This document shows, in pieces, positions 15,515 through 23,759 of a DNA stretch of 44,374 nucleotides. The stretch lies in the IMG/VR virus record IMGVR_UViG_2534681761_000010; one strand, 5' to 3'. The position numbers and the translations under genes were made by a program. The DNA is from a virus. Taxonomy: Duplodnaviria; Heunggongvirae; Uroviricota; Caudoviricetes. Below the pieces are notes generated by a model, which ran no database searches, was not told the origin of the DNA, and saw only the letters and a list, made by a program, of their open reading frames with translations. The stretch's first letter is position 1. Each line of letters opens with the position of its first letter.

Positions 15515-16426
15515 TTAAAGTAGTTTCCTATCTGCCGCCGCTCTGTGGCGTATAACCTTAGTAATACTATAGCGTGGTTTAGACAGCGCGCCATTTGTTT
15601 CTTTTGTTGTTTCTGTCAGTTCTACAACAAAAAGATCACCCTTACAGAATGCTGCTTGGTTGTGTTCAACCCGTTCAAGAAAAGCCTCATCTTTCATAGA
15701 TGCACTAACTTCTTCGCCATTTGGCAGGATGATATCCCAGCTTTTGCCTTGCTTGAATCGAACATTAGCAAAATGTACATTAGCTTGGCGTGTCGTTACG
15801 TGCGTTTTCTCGACAAAGGTGGATTTTGCAGTTTTAAAACTTACTGCTTCAGCTTGCGTCACCCTGACTACCTTATGCTTCTGCTGTGAAACTGAGAACG
15901 TGGATGGTTTTTCAGTCTGCAGGGGTTTATAGATTAATTTATCCAGTTCTTTTCGGATGATTGGACTGGTTATTAATTTTTGAATGTCGTTACTGCATTT
16001 AACCTTCTCACCATCCACTTCGATTTCTGCTGTATCTTTTTGTTCATCGACGACAATGGAGCTGATTTTACGCCCTTTGAGCCATTCGATTATCCCGAGT
16101 ACGCCACCTGCGGCAACTCCACCACCTGCAACGAGGCCAAGGGCGTTAATAGTTTTTATGCTCCCCATCACAGCAACAAGCAAAGTAAATGAACCTTCTT
16201 TTGTTGCCTTGATGTTGACTTTCGGCTCTGCTGTTTCGCCATTAATTATTTTTTCGGCGTGTTCAATCAGGGCACTAAGAGAGGTTAAGGCTTCGCCTAA
16301 TGTTTTCGCGTCGATCTGATTATCTGCGTATGCCTCTCCACCGTAGGCAATTTCGATTTCTGTTATTGGCATGTTTTCGAGTTGCTGCGTCATCAAAAGC
16401 ATCCTTTGCGCAAGAGAAATAGCCAC
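15515..16426 (-). CDS. Hypothetical 303-aa protein with central hydrophobic/Gly-rich segment, first gene of cargo operon
   Basis: Central FTLLVAVMGSIKTINALGLVAGGGVAAGGVLGIIEW; no known motif recognised. Confidence 0.55.
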   Translation of the reverse strand: MAISLAQRMLLMTQQLENMPITEIEIAYGGEAYADNQIDAKTLGEALTSLSALIEHAEKIINGETAEPKVNIKATKEGSFTLLVAVMGSIKTINALGLVAGGGVAAGGVLGIIEWLKGRKISSIVVDEQKDTAEIEVDGEKVKCSNDIQKLITSPIIRKELDKLIYKPLQTEKPSTFSVSQQKHKVVRVTQAEAVSFKTAKSTFVEKTHVTTRQANVHFANVRFKQGKSWDIILPNGEEVSASMKDEAFLERVEHNQAAFCKGDLFVVELTETTKETNGALSKPRYSITKVIRHRAAADRKLL

Positions 16427-16516
16427 AGGATACAGATAATTATGAAAAAATCACTAACGCGTACGCAAAAACTATCTTAATCTGTTAAGAGTGGTCGCTT
16501 CGCCACACAACTTAAA

Positions 16517-16538
16517 CCCGCATCAAGCGGGTTTTTTT
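16517..16538 (+). terminator. Rho-independent terminator (tR'-like) upstream of the tRNA cluster
   Basis: CCCGC-ATCAA-GCGGG followed by a run of seven T. Confidence 0.6.
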
Positions 16539-16658
16539 GTGTCACTTATCTCGGATAGACATGGTGAATGCGCTGGTGGAGGAGATAAGGGTGATTTTTA
16601 ACCAGGTGATTTTTGAATGCTTGCAACATTGATTTCGTAACGTTATTATCCTGCGCCC

Positions 16659-16734
16659 GGCCCTTTAGCTCAGTGGTGAGAGCGAGCGACTCATAATCGC
16701 CAGGTCGCTGGTTCAAATCCAGCAAGGGCCACCA
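16659..16734 (+). tRNA. tRNA with CAU anticodon (tRNA-Ile2-like / Met)
   Basis: 76 nt; acceptor GGCCCTT/AAGGGCC, D-stem GCTC/GAGC, T-loop TTCAAAT, encoded CCA; resembles E. coli ileX as recalled. Confidence 0.8.
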
Positions 16735-16741
16735 TCACATA

Positions 16742-16814
16742 CCGCCATTAGCTCATCGACAGAGAGTGCCAGCTTTCGAAACTGGCTGTGTGGGGCTCGG
16801 GTCCCCGATGGCAA
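16742..16814 (+). tRNA. Degenerate tRNA-like element, possible tRNA-Arg (anticodon UCG)
   Basis: Cloverleaf can be drawn, but with 2 terminal acceptor mismatches, a C-A pair at 31-39 and a non-canonical T-loop CTCGGGT. Confidence 0.35.
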
Positions 16815-16831
16815 TCTATTATCTGCATTAT

Positions 16832-16908
16832 GCGTTGTTAGCTCAGCCGGACAGAGCAATTGCCTTCTAAGCAATCGGTCACTGGTTCGAATCCAGTACA
16901 ACGCGCCA
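16832..16908 (+). tRNA. tRNA-Arg (anticodon UCU)
   Basis: 77 nt; acceptor GCGTTGT/ACAACGC, anticodon loop CTTCTAA, T-loop TTCGAAT, encoded CCA. Confidence 0.85.
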
Positions 16909-17083
16909 CGCTTATTTTTCCAGGCTCGCTTCGGCGGGCCTTTTTCATATCCGCGCCACGCCCGGCGAATATCAAAAAACCACAGAGCCTTTCAGGGGTG
17001 AGCTTACGGGATGGTCAGTGTGACTTTCTCTGTGGGCTGGTCACCACCGGGCGCAGGCTCACCCACTAAAAGGAAAAGTCACG

Positions 17084-17509
17084 ATGTTTGGTATTTTCAA
17101 AAAGAAAACCCGCAAGGCCATTACCGAAGTGAAGAAGATGGAGAACCGCGACGCAGTGGAGGCGACCGTCTGGGGCGCGTATTCCATTGCATACGCTGAC
17201 GGCACCTGTGATGCGAAAGAAATCGCAGTACTGGAGAAAACCATTGCAGCACTTCCTGCCTTTGCGCCGTTCTCCGGTGAGATTGCCCAGATGAGCGCCA
17301 ATATCCGCGCCCGTTATGAAGCATCCCCGCGTTCAGCCAATGCCGAAGCCCTTCGTCAGCTGGCTGATGTCGCCGGTACTGATGATGCAGTTAATGTGCT
17401 GTGCCTGTGTCTGGATATCGCTGACCAGGATGGCATTGGTCCGGATGAAGAAGCACAGCTCAAGAAAATTGCGCAGGCGCTTCAGCTACCGCTGGAGCAG
17501 TACCTGTGA
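17084..17509 (+). CDS. Hypothetical 141-aa soluble protein, TerB-like by motif
   Basis: SD AAAGGAAAAG; two DG-x-D/E-E helix motifs (YADGTCDAKEIAVLEK and IADQDGIGPDEEAQLKK). Confidence 0.45.
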   Translation: MFGIFKKKTRKAITEVKKMENRDAVEATVWGAYSIAYADGTCDAKEIAVLEKTIAALPAFAPFSGEIAQMSANIRARYEASPRSANAEALRQLADVAGTDDAVNVLCLCLDIADQDGIGPDEEAQLKKIAQALQLPLEQYL

Positions 17510-17658
17510 AAAGTGCGCGCCTTGTGCTGGCTGCCATCCTGCTGTTTCTGGTAGTGGCAGTGGATTTCACCGGACGGCTGATGTCGGTGCTGGCAGATGG
17601 TGTGCTGGTGGTGATGGCGCTGGTCGTGCTCCGGCCTTTACTGCGTAAATCTGAATAA
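17506..17658 (+). CDS. Small hydrophobic protein (about 50 aa, GTG start) coupled to the upstream gene
   Basis: GTG overlaps upstream stop (GTGA); product is mostly hydrophobic; below the ORF-track size cut-off. Confidence 0.3.
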   Translation: MKSARLVLAAILLFLVVAVDFTGRLMSVLADGVLVVMALVVLRPLLRKSE

Positions 17659-17709
17659 CACCACACAAAAGGCATCTGCGGGTGCCTTTGACGGGGTATT
17701 GTTTTTTAC

Positions 17710-17731
17710 GGGCCGCTGGTGGCCCTTTTTT
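17710..17731 (+). terminator. Rho-independent terminator upstream of the lysis cassette
   Basis: GGGCC-GCTGGT-GGCCC followed by TTTTTT. Confidence 0.55.
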
Positions 17732-17750
17732 ATTTACAGGAGAAAAAAGT

Positions 17751-18143
17751 ATGTCTGAACCCTTATCCGGTTCCGGTACGGCTGCGGCGCTCGGTGGGGC
17801 GACGGTATTCGGGCTGTTTACCGGAACGGATTTCGGGATTGTGTTTGGTGCGTTCGCCGGGGCGTTATTTGTGGCAACAATTCCGCAGGCGCTTTCAGCC
17901 TGGCGTGTGGCGGCGCATTTTCTGGTGTCGTTCATTATCGGCGTGCTGGGGGCAGGGGTTCTGGCATCCTGGCTGGTAAAGCACACAGGGTTTGACGGAG
18001 CGCCTGTCGACGCACTGTGTGCAGTACTGGTGTCAGTGGTGTCGGTGAAGATTCTCTCGTTCATCCACCAACAGGATATCGCATCACTGGTGTCCGGCCT
18101 GTTATCTCGCCTGCGTGGCGGAGGAGGCGGCAATGTTAAGTAA
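17751..18143 (+). CDS. Membrane protein of lysis cassette (holin-like, Gly-zipper rich)
   Basis: AGGAGA SD; multiple hydrophobic GxxxG segments; directly precedes holin and endolysin. Confidence 0.45.
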   Translation: MSEPLSGSGTAAALGGATVFGLFTGTDFGIVFGAFAGALFVATIPQALSAWRVAAHFLVSFIIGVLGAGVLASWLVKHTGFDGAPVDALCAVLVSVVSVKILSFIHQQDIASLVSGLLSRLRGGGGGNVK

Positions 18144-18411
18144 CCTTCCCGGATTACTGAATGTGGCGTTATGCACGGTTATCGTGCTGACGCTCTTTTT
18201 TTATCGTCGCCGTGATTCCAGACATAAACCGCTGATGTCATGGCTGGCCTGGCTGCTGATGCTGCTGTATGCCTTTGTGCCCCTCAGCTATCTGTGTGGT
18301 CGCCCGTTAGCGGTGAACTGGCTGGCGGTGGGGCTTAATCTGCTGTTCTGCGTGCTGGTGATTCGCGCACGCGGGAACGTTTCAAAAATCTTTGTATTAC
18401 GAAGGCGCTGA
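18133..18411 (+). CDS. Holin (three predicted TM segments, about 92 aa)
   Basis: GGAGGAGG SD before ATG at 18133; three hydrophobic segments and charged C-terminus RRR; stop abuts endolysin start. Confidence 0.55.
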   Translation: MLSNLPGLLNVALCTVIVLTLFFYRRRDSRHKPLMSWLAWLLMLLYAFVPLSYLCGRPLAVNWLAVGLNLLFCVLVIRARGNVSKIFVLRRR

Positions 18412-18412
18412 T

Positions 18413-18958
18413 ATGAAGTCGAAAGATGAAATTTTTGACGAAGTTCTGGGAAAAGAGGGCGGTTACGTCAATCACCCGGATGATAAAGGCGGACCGACAA
18501 AATGGGGTATTACAGAAAAAGTCGCCCGCGCTCACGGATATCGCGGCGATATGCGTGACCTGACGCGCGGGCAGGCGCTGGAAATACTTGAGGCGGATTA
18601 CTGGTTCGGACCACGTTTTGACCAGGTCGCCGCATTATCCCCTGATATTGCTGCAGAGTTGTGTGATACCGGTGTGAATATGGGGCCGTCCGTAGCATCG
18701 AAAATGCTCCAGCGCTGGCTGAACGTTTTCAACCTGCAAGGCAAATTGTTCCCGGATATGGACGCAGACGGGCGTATCGGCCCCCGCACGATTAATGCAC
18801 TACGGGCTTATCTGCAAAAACGCGACAAAGACGGCGAACTGGTAATGCTGACTGCGCTGAACTGTACGCAGGGGGACCGCTATCTGGAGCTGGCAGAGAA
18901 ACGGGAGGCTAACGAGTCATTTGTCTACGGCTGGATGAAAGAGCGCGTAGCAGTTTAA
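18413..18958 (+). CDS. Endolysin, GH108-type lysozyme with C-terminal peptidoglycan-binding domain
   Basis: N-terminal EGGYVNHPDDKGGPTKWGIT is a GH108-type signature; follows holin. Confidence 0.7.
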   Translation: MKSKDEIFDEVLGKEGGYVNHPDDKGGPTKWGITEKVARAHGYRGDMRDLTRGQALEILEADYWFGPRFDQVAALSPDIAAELCDTGVNMGPSVASKMLQRWLNVFNLQGKLFPDMDADGRIGPRTINALRAYLQKRDKDGELVMLTALNCTQGDRYLELAEKREANESFVYGWMKERVAV

Positions 18959-19118
18959 AAACTGACGCTGAAGTGCTGAACACCCTCAACTCATGCAGGC
19001 TCTTTTCTGGGGTTACGATGAGCGAAAGCAAGGGGTACCGCATCAGATAGCAAAAACCCCGGCTGCTGGAACAGTCCGGGGTTTTCTGTTTCTGGCCTTG
19101 GGTAAGGCAAAGGAGAAC

Positions 19119-19301
19119 ATGAGGAAGTATAAACTAATTCTGTTGAGGTTGACTATGAAAAACGGCCTTGAATTGAAAGCGCCTGTAACTGATGACATCA
19201 GCAGAGCGGTGGCTTTTGCCATTAAGTGGGTGGCGGTTGGTATCGCCGTGTCTCCGATGCTGTATGGGCTGGCAAAACTGGTCATTGCGGTGAAATCGTA
19301 A
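19119..19301 (+). CDS. Small protein with C-terminal TM helix (possible spanin-like lysis accessory)
   Basis: AAGGAG SD before ATG at 19119; C-terminal hydrophobic segment. Confidence 0.35.
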   Translation: MRKYKLILLRLTMKNGLELKAPVTDDISRAVAFAIKWVAVGIAVSPMLYGLAKLVIAVKS

Positions 19302-19457
19302 GTGGGGCGGGGATGAGGATGTCAGATAGCATCATAAAACTGGCGCGGATTCTTTGTGTGGTTGTTGGCCTTTCATTTTCAGCAATGTTGGTTGCTATTT
19401 TCATTTCCACTGCCTGGCGAGTATTGAGCCTATCCGGATTGATTGGTGGATAGCGAG

Positions 19458-19640
19458 ATGAAGCGAAAACACTGGATACACAGAATGCCGCGAACGGCGG
19501 CGAAATGGGTACTGGTAGCGATACTTGTGCCTTTTTTATTGGTGGGATGCGTCAGCCTGGATAAGGCGCACCAGCTTTTCGATGCAGCTTCTCAGGTCTG
19601 TGAAATTGTCGACGGTGTTCGGCAGTGTATGCAGAACTGA
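19458..19640 (+). CDS. Small lipoprotein (lipobox LVGC), possible o-spanin or exclusion lipoprotein
   Basis: Basic n-region, hydrophobic core and LLVGC lipobox; short mature peptide with 2 Cys. Confidence 0.4.
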   Translation: MKRKHWIHRMPRTAAKWVLVAILVPFLLVGCVSLDKAHQLFDAASQVCEIVDGVRQCMQN

Positions 19641-19813
19641 TCGCCTGTAATAGCAGAATATTTTGCTGAAAAATGAAGAGCGTGCCAGCGTCCGGAAAGC
19701 ATGAAATTCTGCTGTGTGTGTCAATTTTTCTTATACATTCTGAATCTTGCCGAATCAGGATGAACTTTGAACAACAGTCCGGGCGGCAAGGGGTATTTTT
19801 ATCCGGAGGGGAT

Positions 19814-20038
19814 ATGAAGAGATTACTGGTAACCGTAAAGCCCTTTAACGGAACGATTCCATTCAGGGTTTTGCAGCGTGGACGTGTTCTGGTTAAGGAT
19901 ATCTTCAGTGGTAAATGCACGGAGTGTTACTCCCAGACATATGAAGTGGGTGCCACGGACGAAGAAATTTCTGTTGAATGCGATCTGAAGGCAAATATGG
20001 CGGGGATTGTAACAGCCACGTTGTTGCCTGTTTCATGA
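19814..20038 (+). CDS. Hypothetical 74-aa protein
   Basis: GGAGGGG SD before ATG at 19814. Confidence 0.35.
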   Translation: MKRLLVTVKPFNGTIPFRVLQRGRVLVKDIFSGKCTECYSQTYEVGATDEEISVECDLKANMAGIVTATLLPVS

Positions 20039-20078
20039 ATGACATAGAATGTCTCTGGGTACCCAAAAGGAGAACACT

Positions 20079-20294
20079 ATGTTTGTAGAAAATAACCTGA
20101 AGGCTGATCCTGATAATCAGGGATGGGTTCTGGGTTGGGCTGTAGTACGTGACAAACCCTGGCATCTGGTCGGCATTTATGCAACGGAGGATGGCGCAAA
20201 GTCTAAACGCTCTGAATTGAATGGGGAGTATGAAGTTCGTTATGGTTCCCATCGTTTAGGTAGTGATGATTTTATGTCTGTCGGACTCAGCTAA
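20079..20294 (+). CDS. Hypothetical 71-aa protein with its own terminator (moron)
   Basis: AAGGAG SD before ATG at 20079; terminator 22 nt downstream. Confidence 0.4.
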   Translation: MFVENNLKADPDNQGWVLGWAVVRDKPWHLVGIYATEDGAKSKRSELNGEYEVRYGSHRLGSDDFMSVGLS

Positions 20295-20315
20295 CTGGCT
20301 GTGATGCCTGTTTGT

Positions 20316-20342
20316 AGCCCCGCAAATGCGGGGCTTTTTTAT
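20316..20342 (+). terminator. Rho-independent terminator
   Basis: AGCCCCGC-AAAT-GCGGGGCT followed by TTTTTT. Confidence 0.7.
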
Positions 20343-20956
20343 ATCTGGAGATGATGATGGAAAAACAGAAAACAAACCGATTGTAATCGGCGTTGCTGCT
20401 GTTCCGTTTGAGTTTGAGTTGTGTCAACTGGTGGGGATGCGCATCAGTGATGAATGGGGTGAGGTTAAAGCCAGCGCGCAGTATGCGGATGGCGAAAACC
20501 AGTACTTGATCCACTACAAAGCAGCTGATGGTCGCGCCACGACGGAGTGGTTTGGTGAGTCAATGTTGGAAGCAACAGAAGATGATCGTCATCCGGGTTG
20601 TCCGGTATTTGCCGGTATGGAATTACCGGAAGGTGCAGTCGTTACTGAGTAACAGGCATTACAGCAGCCCTTCACACAGCGAGGGGCTGCGATAATGCAG
20701 GTGTTGGAGTGTGTGTAAATGATGATCGCTCTCATTTTGCGGGTCCTCCCGGTGGGGTACCCTTGCCACGGGGCGGGAGCGGCGCGGAAAAAGGCTAGTT
20801 TTTGCATTTTTATCGGCCACCATCATCTTTGCATCTTATTGATTATTAATGGTTATTTGTTTTTTGTATGTCTAATTGAGCGGTTTTTGTTCGACATCGA
20901 ACGCGTTTTCTTAAAGTTGTTCGCACGATGCATGTTTAAAGCTCTCCGGAGGAAAT

Positions 20957-21448
20957 ATGGATCATGAGTTGAAAAACCTGGTGCTGAATATTAATCAACT
21001 GGCGGCTTTATCTGGTCTGCACCGCCAGACTGTCGTGGCAAGACTGAAAAACATTCGTCCCGCTGGTGGACATGACAAACTCAAGCTATACCGGTTGACC
21101 GATATTCTGACTGAATTTATGGGGTTACCACCGCCGGTTGCTGAGGGCGAAATGGATCCACATGAACGCAAAGCCTGGTATCAGTCTGAACGTGAGCGTC
21201 TTAAGTTCGAACAGGAAACGGCACAACTCATTCCGGCCAGTGATGTCAGACGGGAGTTTGCCATCTGGGCAAAAGCGGTCGTGCAGGTGCTGGAGACATT
21301 ACCGGATATTCTTGAACGTGACTGCGGTCTGCAGCCTGCCGCTGTGAGCCGTGTTCAGTCCATTATTGATGATCTGCGCGATCAGATAGCCCTGCGGGTG
21401 ACTGAAGCAGGTGCGGATGATGAGGAGGAATTACAGCAGGAGGAGTAA
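20957..21448 (+). CDS. Nu1: Terminase small subunit (lambda Nu1-like)
   Basis: GGAGG SD; N-terminal HTH LNINQLAALSGLHRQTVVARL resembles Nu1 winged HTH; stop overlaps terminase large start. Confidence 0.75.
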   Translation: MDHELKNLVLNINQLAALSGLHRQTVVARLKNIRPAGGHDKLKLYRLTDILTEFMGLPPPVAEGEMDPHERKAWYQSERERLKFEQETAQLIPASDVRREFAIWAKAVVQVLETLPDILERDCGLQPAAVSRVQSIIDDLRDQIALRVTEAGADDEEELQQEE

Positions 21449-23550
21449 TGCTGAATCAGGAAACCGCAAAGGCAGCACGAACCGATTCAGGTTATATCCT
21501 TCGCGCACCGAGACGAATGCGGGTTGCTGATGCCGTTGCTCAGTATATGCGGGTGCCCATGGGGGCCGGGAACTCAGTCCCGTGGGATCCGCTGGTGGCA
21601 CCGTATGTTATTGAGCCGATGAACTGCCTGGCCTCGCGTGAATACGACGCAGTGATATTTGTTGGCCCGGCACGAACCGGCAAGACTATCGGCCTGATTG
21701 ACGGCTGGGTGATTTACAACGTGATTTGCGATCCTGCTGATATGCTGATCATTCAGATGACGGAGGAAAAAGCCCGCGAACACTCCAAAAAACGACTCGC
21801 CAGAACGTTTCGCGTCAGCCCGGAAGTGGTCAGTCGCCTGAGTCCGAACAAAAATGACAACAACGTTTATGACAGAACATTCCTTGCTGGCAACTACCTG
21901 AAAATCGGCTGGCCGTCAGTCAATATCATGTCCTCATCAGATTATAAATGTGTGGCGCTGACGGATTATGACCGTTTTCCGGAAGATATTGATGGTGAGG
22001 GGGATGCCTTCTCTCTTGCTTCAAAACGTACCACCACATTTATGTCCAGCGGTATGACGTTGGTGGAGAGTTCCCCCGGCAGGGATGTGAAGGATGTGAA
22101 ATGGCGACGGACTTCACCGCATGAGGCTCCACCAACCACGGGGATCCTGTCGCTCTATAACCGTGGTGATCGCCGTCGCTGGTACTGGCCCTGCCCACAC
22201 TGTGGTGAGTATTTTCAGCCCTGTGGCGATGTGGTTGCTGGTTTTCGTGATATTGCCGATCCCGTGCTGGCAAGTGAGGCAGCTTATATTCAGTGCCCTT
22301 CCTGTTCCGGGCGAATTATGCCTGACCAGAAACGCGAGCTGAACGGACGTGGGGTCTGGTTGCGGGATGGTGAATCCATCAATGCAGACGACAGTCGTTA
22401 TGGTGAGCCCCGGCGCTCACGTATTGCGTCATTCTGGATGGAAGGCCCCGCTGCGGCATATCAGACGCTGTCCCAGCTGGTCTATAAGTTGCTGACCGCC
22501 GAACAGGAATACGAGTCGACCGGAAGCGAAGAAACGCTCAAGACAGTCATCAACACCGACTGGGGATTACCTTATCTTCCCCGGGCCAGCATGGAGCAAC
22601 GAAAAAGCGAACTGCTTGAGCAGCGGGTAGAGCCTGTTCCTCCCCGAAGTGTGCCGGATGGCGTTAATTTCCTTGTGGCGACAGTGGATGTGCAGGCGGG
22701 ACGTCATCGCCGTTTTGTGGTTCAGGTAACGGGCTATGGCAGTCGTGGCGAACGCTGGATAGTTGATCGTTACAACATCACGCAGTCGCTGCGTTGTGAC
22801 AATAACGGGGAAAGCCTGCGTATTGACCCTGCCGGTTATCCGGAGGACTGGGATGTTCTGCTGACGGATGTTTTTCATAAAGGCTGGCCGCTGGCTTCTG
22901 ACTCCTCTCAGCGCATGCGGGTAATGGCAATGGCGGTGGACTCCGGCGGTGAAGATGGGGTTACCGATAATGCCTATAAATTCTGGCGTCGTTGTCGTCT
23001 TGATGGTCTTGGCAAGCGTATTTACCTGTTTAAGGGCGACAGTATCCGTCGCGCAAAACTGATAACCCGTACATTTCCGGATAACACCGGACGAACGGGG
23101 CGACGGGCGCAGGCTTCGGGTGATGTTCCACTCTGGCTCCTTCAGACGGATGCCCTGAAAGACCGGGTGAATAACGCGTTATGGCGTGACTCGCCAGGTC
23201 CCGGCTATGTGCATTTTCCTGACTGGCTGGGGAGCTGGTTTTACGACGAACTGACGTATGAAGAGCGGAGCAGTGACGGAAAGTGGAGCAAGCCGGGTCG
23301 CGGTGCCAACGAAGCCTTTGACCTGATGGTGTATGCCGAGGCGCTGGTTATTCTGCATGGGTACGAGAAAATTCAGTGGCCGGATGCGCCGGAATGGGCA
23401 TGCAGGGAAACCTGGCTGGAATACGTCAGTGACAACGCTGAGCAGGCTGTTCTGCCGGAACCAGTCTCTCTGCCTGCCAGAAAAAAGAAACGAAAAAAAG
23501 TGACGCCCGATGAGGATAACCCCTGGGTGACTTCCGGAGGATGGTTATGA
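21448..23550 (+). CDS. A: Terminase large subunit (lambda gpA-like)
   Basis: 700 aa; Walker A-like VGPARTGKT; WPCPHCGEYFQP resembles lambda A ACPHCGEEQ; position after Nu1. Confidence 0.85.
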   Translation: MLNQETAKAARTDSGYILRAPRRMRVADAVAQYMRVPMGAGNSVPWDPLVAPYVIEPMNCLASREYDAVIFVGPARTGKTIGLIDGWVIYNVICDPADMLIIQMTEEKAREHSKKRLARTFRVSPEVVSRLSPNKNDNNVYDRTFLAGNYLKIGWPSVNIMSSSDYKCVALTDYDRFPEDIDGEGDAFSLASKRTTTFMSSGMTLVESSPGRDVKDVKWRRTSPHEAPPTTGILSLYNRGDRRRWYWPCPHCGEYFQPCGDVVAGFRDIADPVLASEAAYIQCPSCSGRIMPDQKRELNGRGVWLRDGESINADDSRYGEPRRSRIASFWMEGPAAAYQTLSQLVYKLLTAEQEYESTGSEETLKTVINTDWGLPYLPRASMEQRKSELLEQRVEPVPPRSVPDGVNFLVATVDVQAGRHRRFVVQVTGYGSRGERWIVDRYNITQSLRCDNNGESLRIDPAGYPEDWDVLLTDVFHKGWPLASDSSQRMRVMAMAVDSGGEDGVTDNAYKFWRRCRLDGLGKRIYLFKGDSIRRAKLITRTFPDNTGRTGRRAQASGDVPLWLLQTDALKDRVNNALWRDSPGPGYVHFPDWLGSWFYDELTYEERSSDGKWSKPGRGANEAFDLMVYAEALVILHGYEKIQWPDAPEWACRETWLEYVSDNAEQAVLPEPVSLPARKKKRKKVTPDEDNPWVTSGGWL

Positions 23551-23759
23551 ATCAGAATGATATTGAAGCCATGATCCAGCGTTATATCGATGCGGAAATG
23601 GCAGTGCTGGACGGAAAATCCGTCACCTTTAATGGTCAGCAGATGACCATGGAAAATCTGTCCGAGATCCGACGGGGGCGTCAGGAGTGGGAGCGGCGTC
23701 TTGCTGCCCTGACTGCGCGGCGACGGGGGAATCCGGGATATAAACTGGTGAGGTTCTGA
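23547..23759 (+). CDS. W: Head-tail joining protein gpW-like
   Basis: About 70 aa; GGAGG SD; position between terminase and portal. Confidence 0.6.
   Translation: MNQNDIEAMIQRYIDAEMAVLDGKSVTFNGQQMTMENLSEIRRGRQEWERRLAALTARRRGNPGYKLVRF

Noticed and set aside
16437-16475. Attempt to pin the late promoter pR' to a specific -35/-10 pair (TTGCGC ... GATACA / GATAAT) upstream of the tR'-like terminator
   Set aside because: Hexamers are weak and spacing is ambiguous by eye; only the terminator is reported. The same region could hold the promoter of the divergent three-gene operon.
20326-20652. 108-aa ORF starting at 20326
   Set aside because: Its ATG lies inside the terminator hairpin at 20316-20342; if real, the gene more likely starts at the internal ATG near 20436 (about 71 aa, weak RBS). 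Too uncertain to list as a feature.
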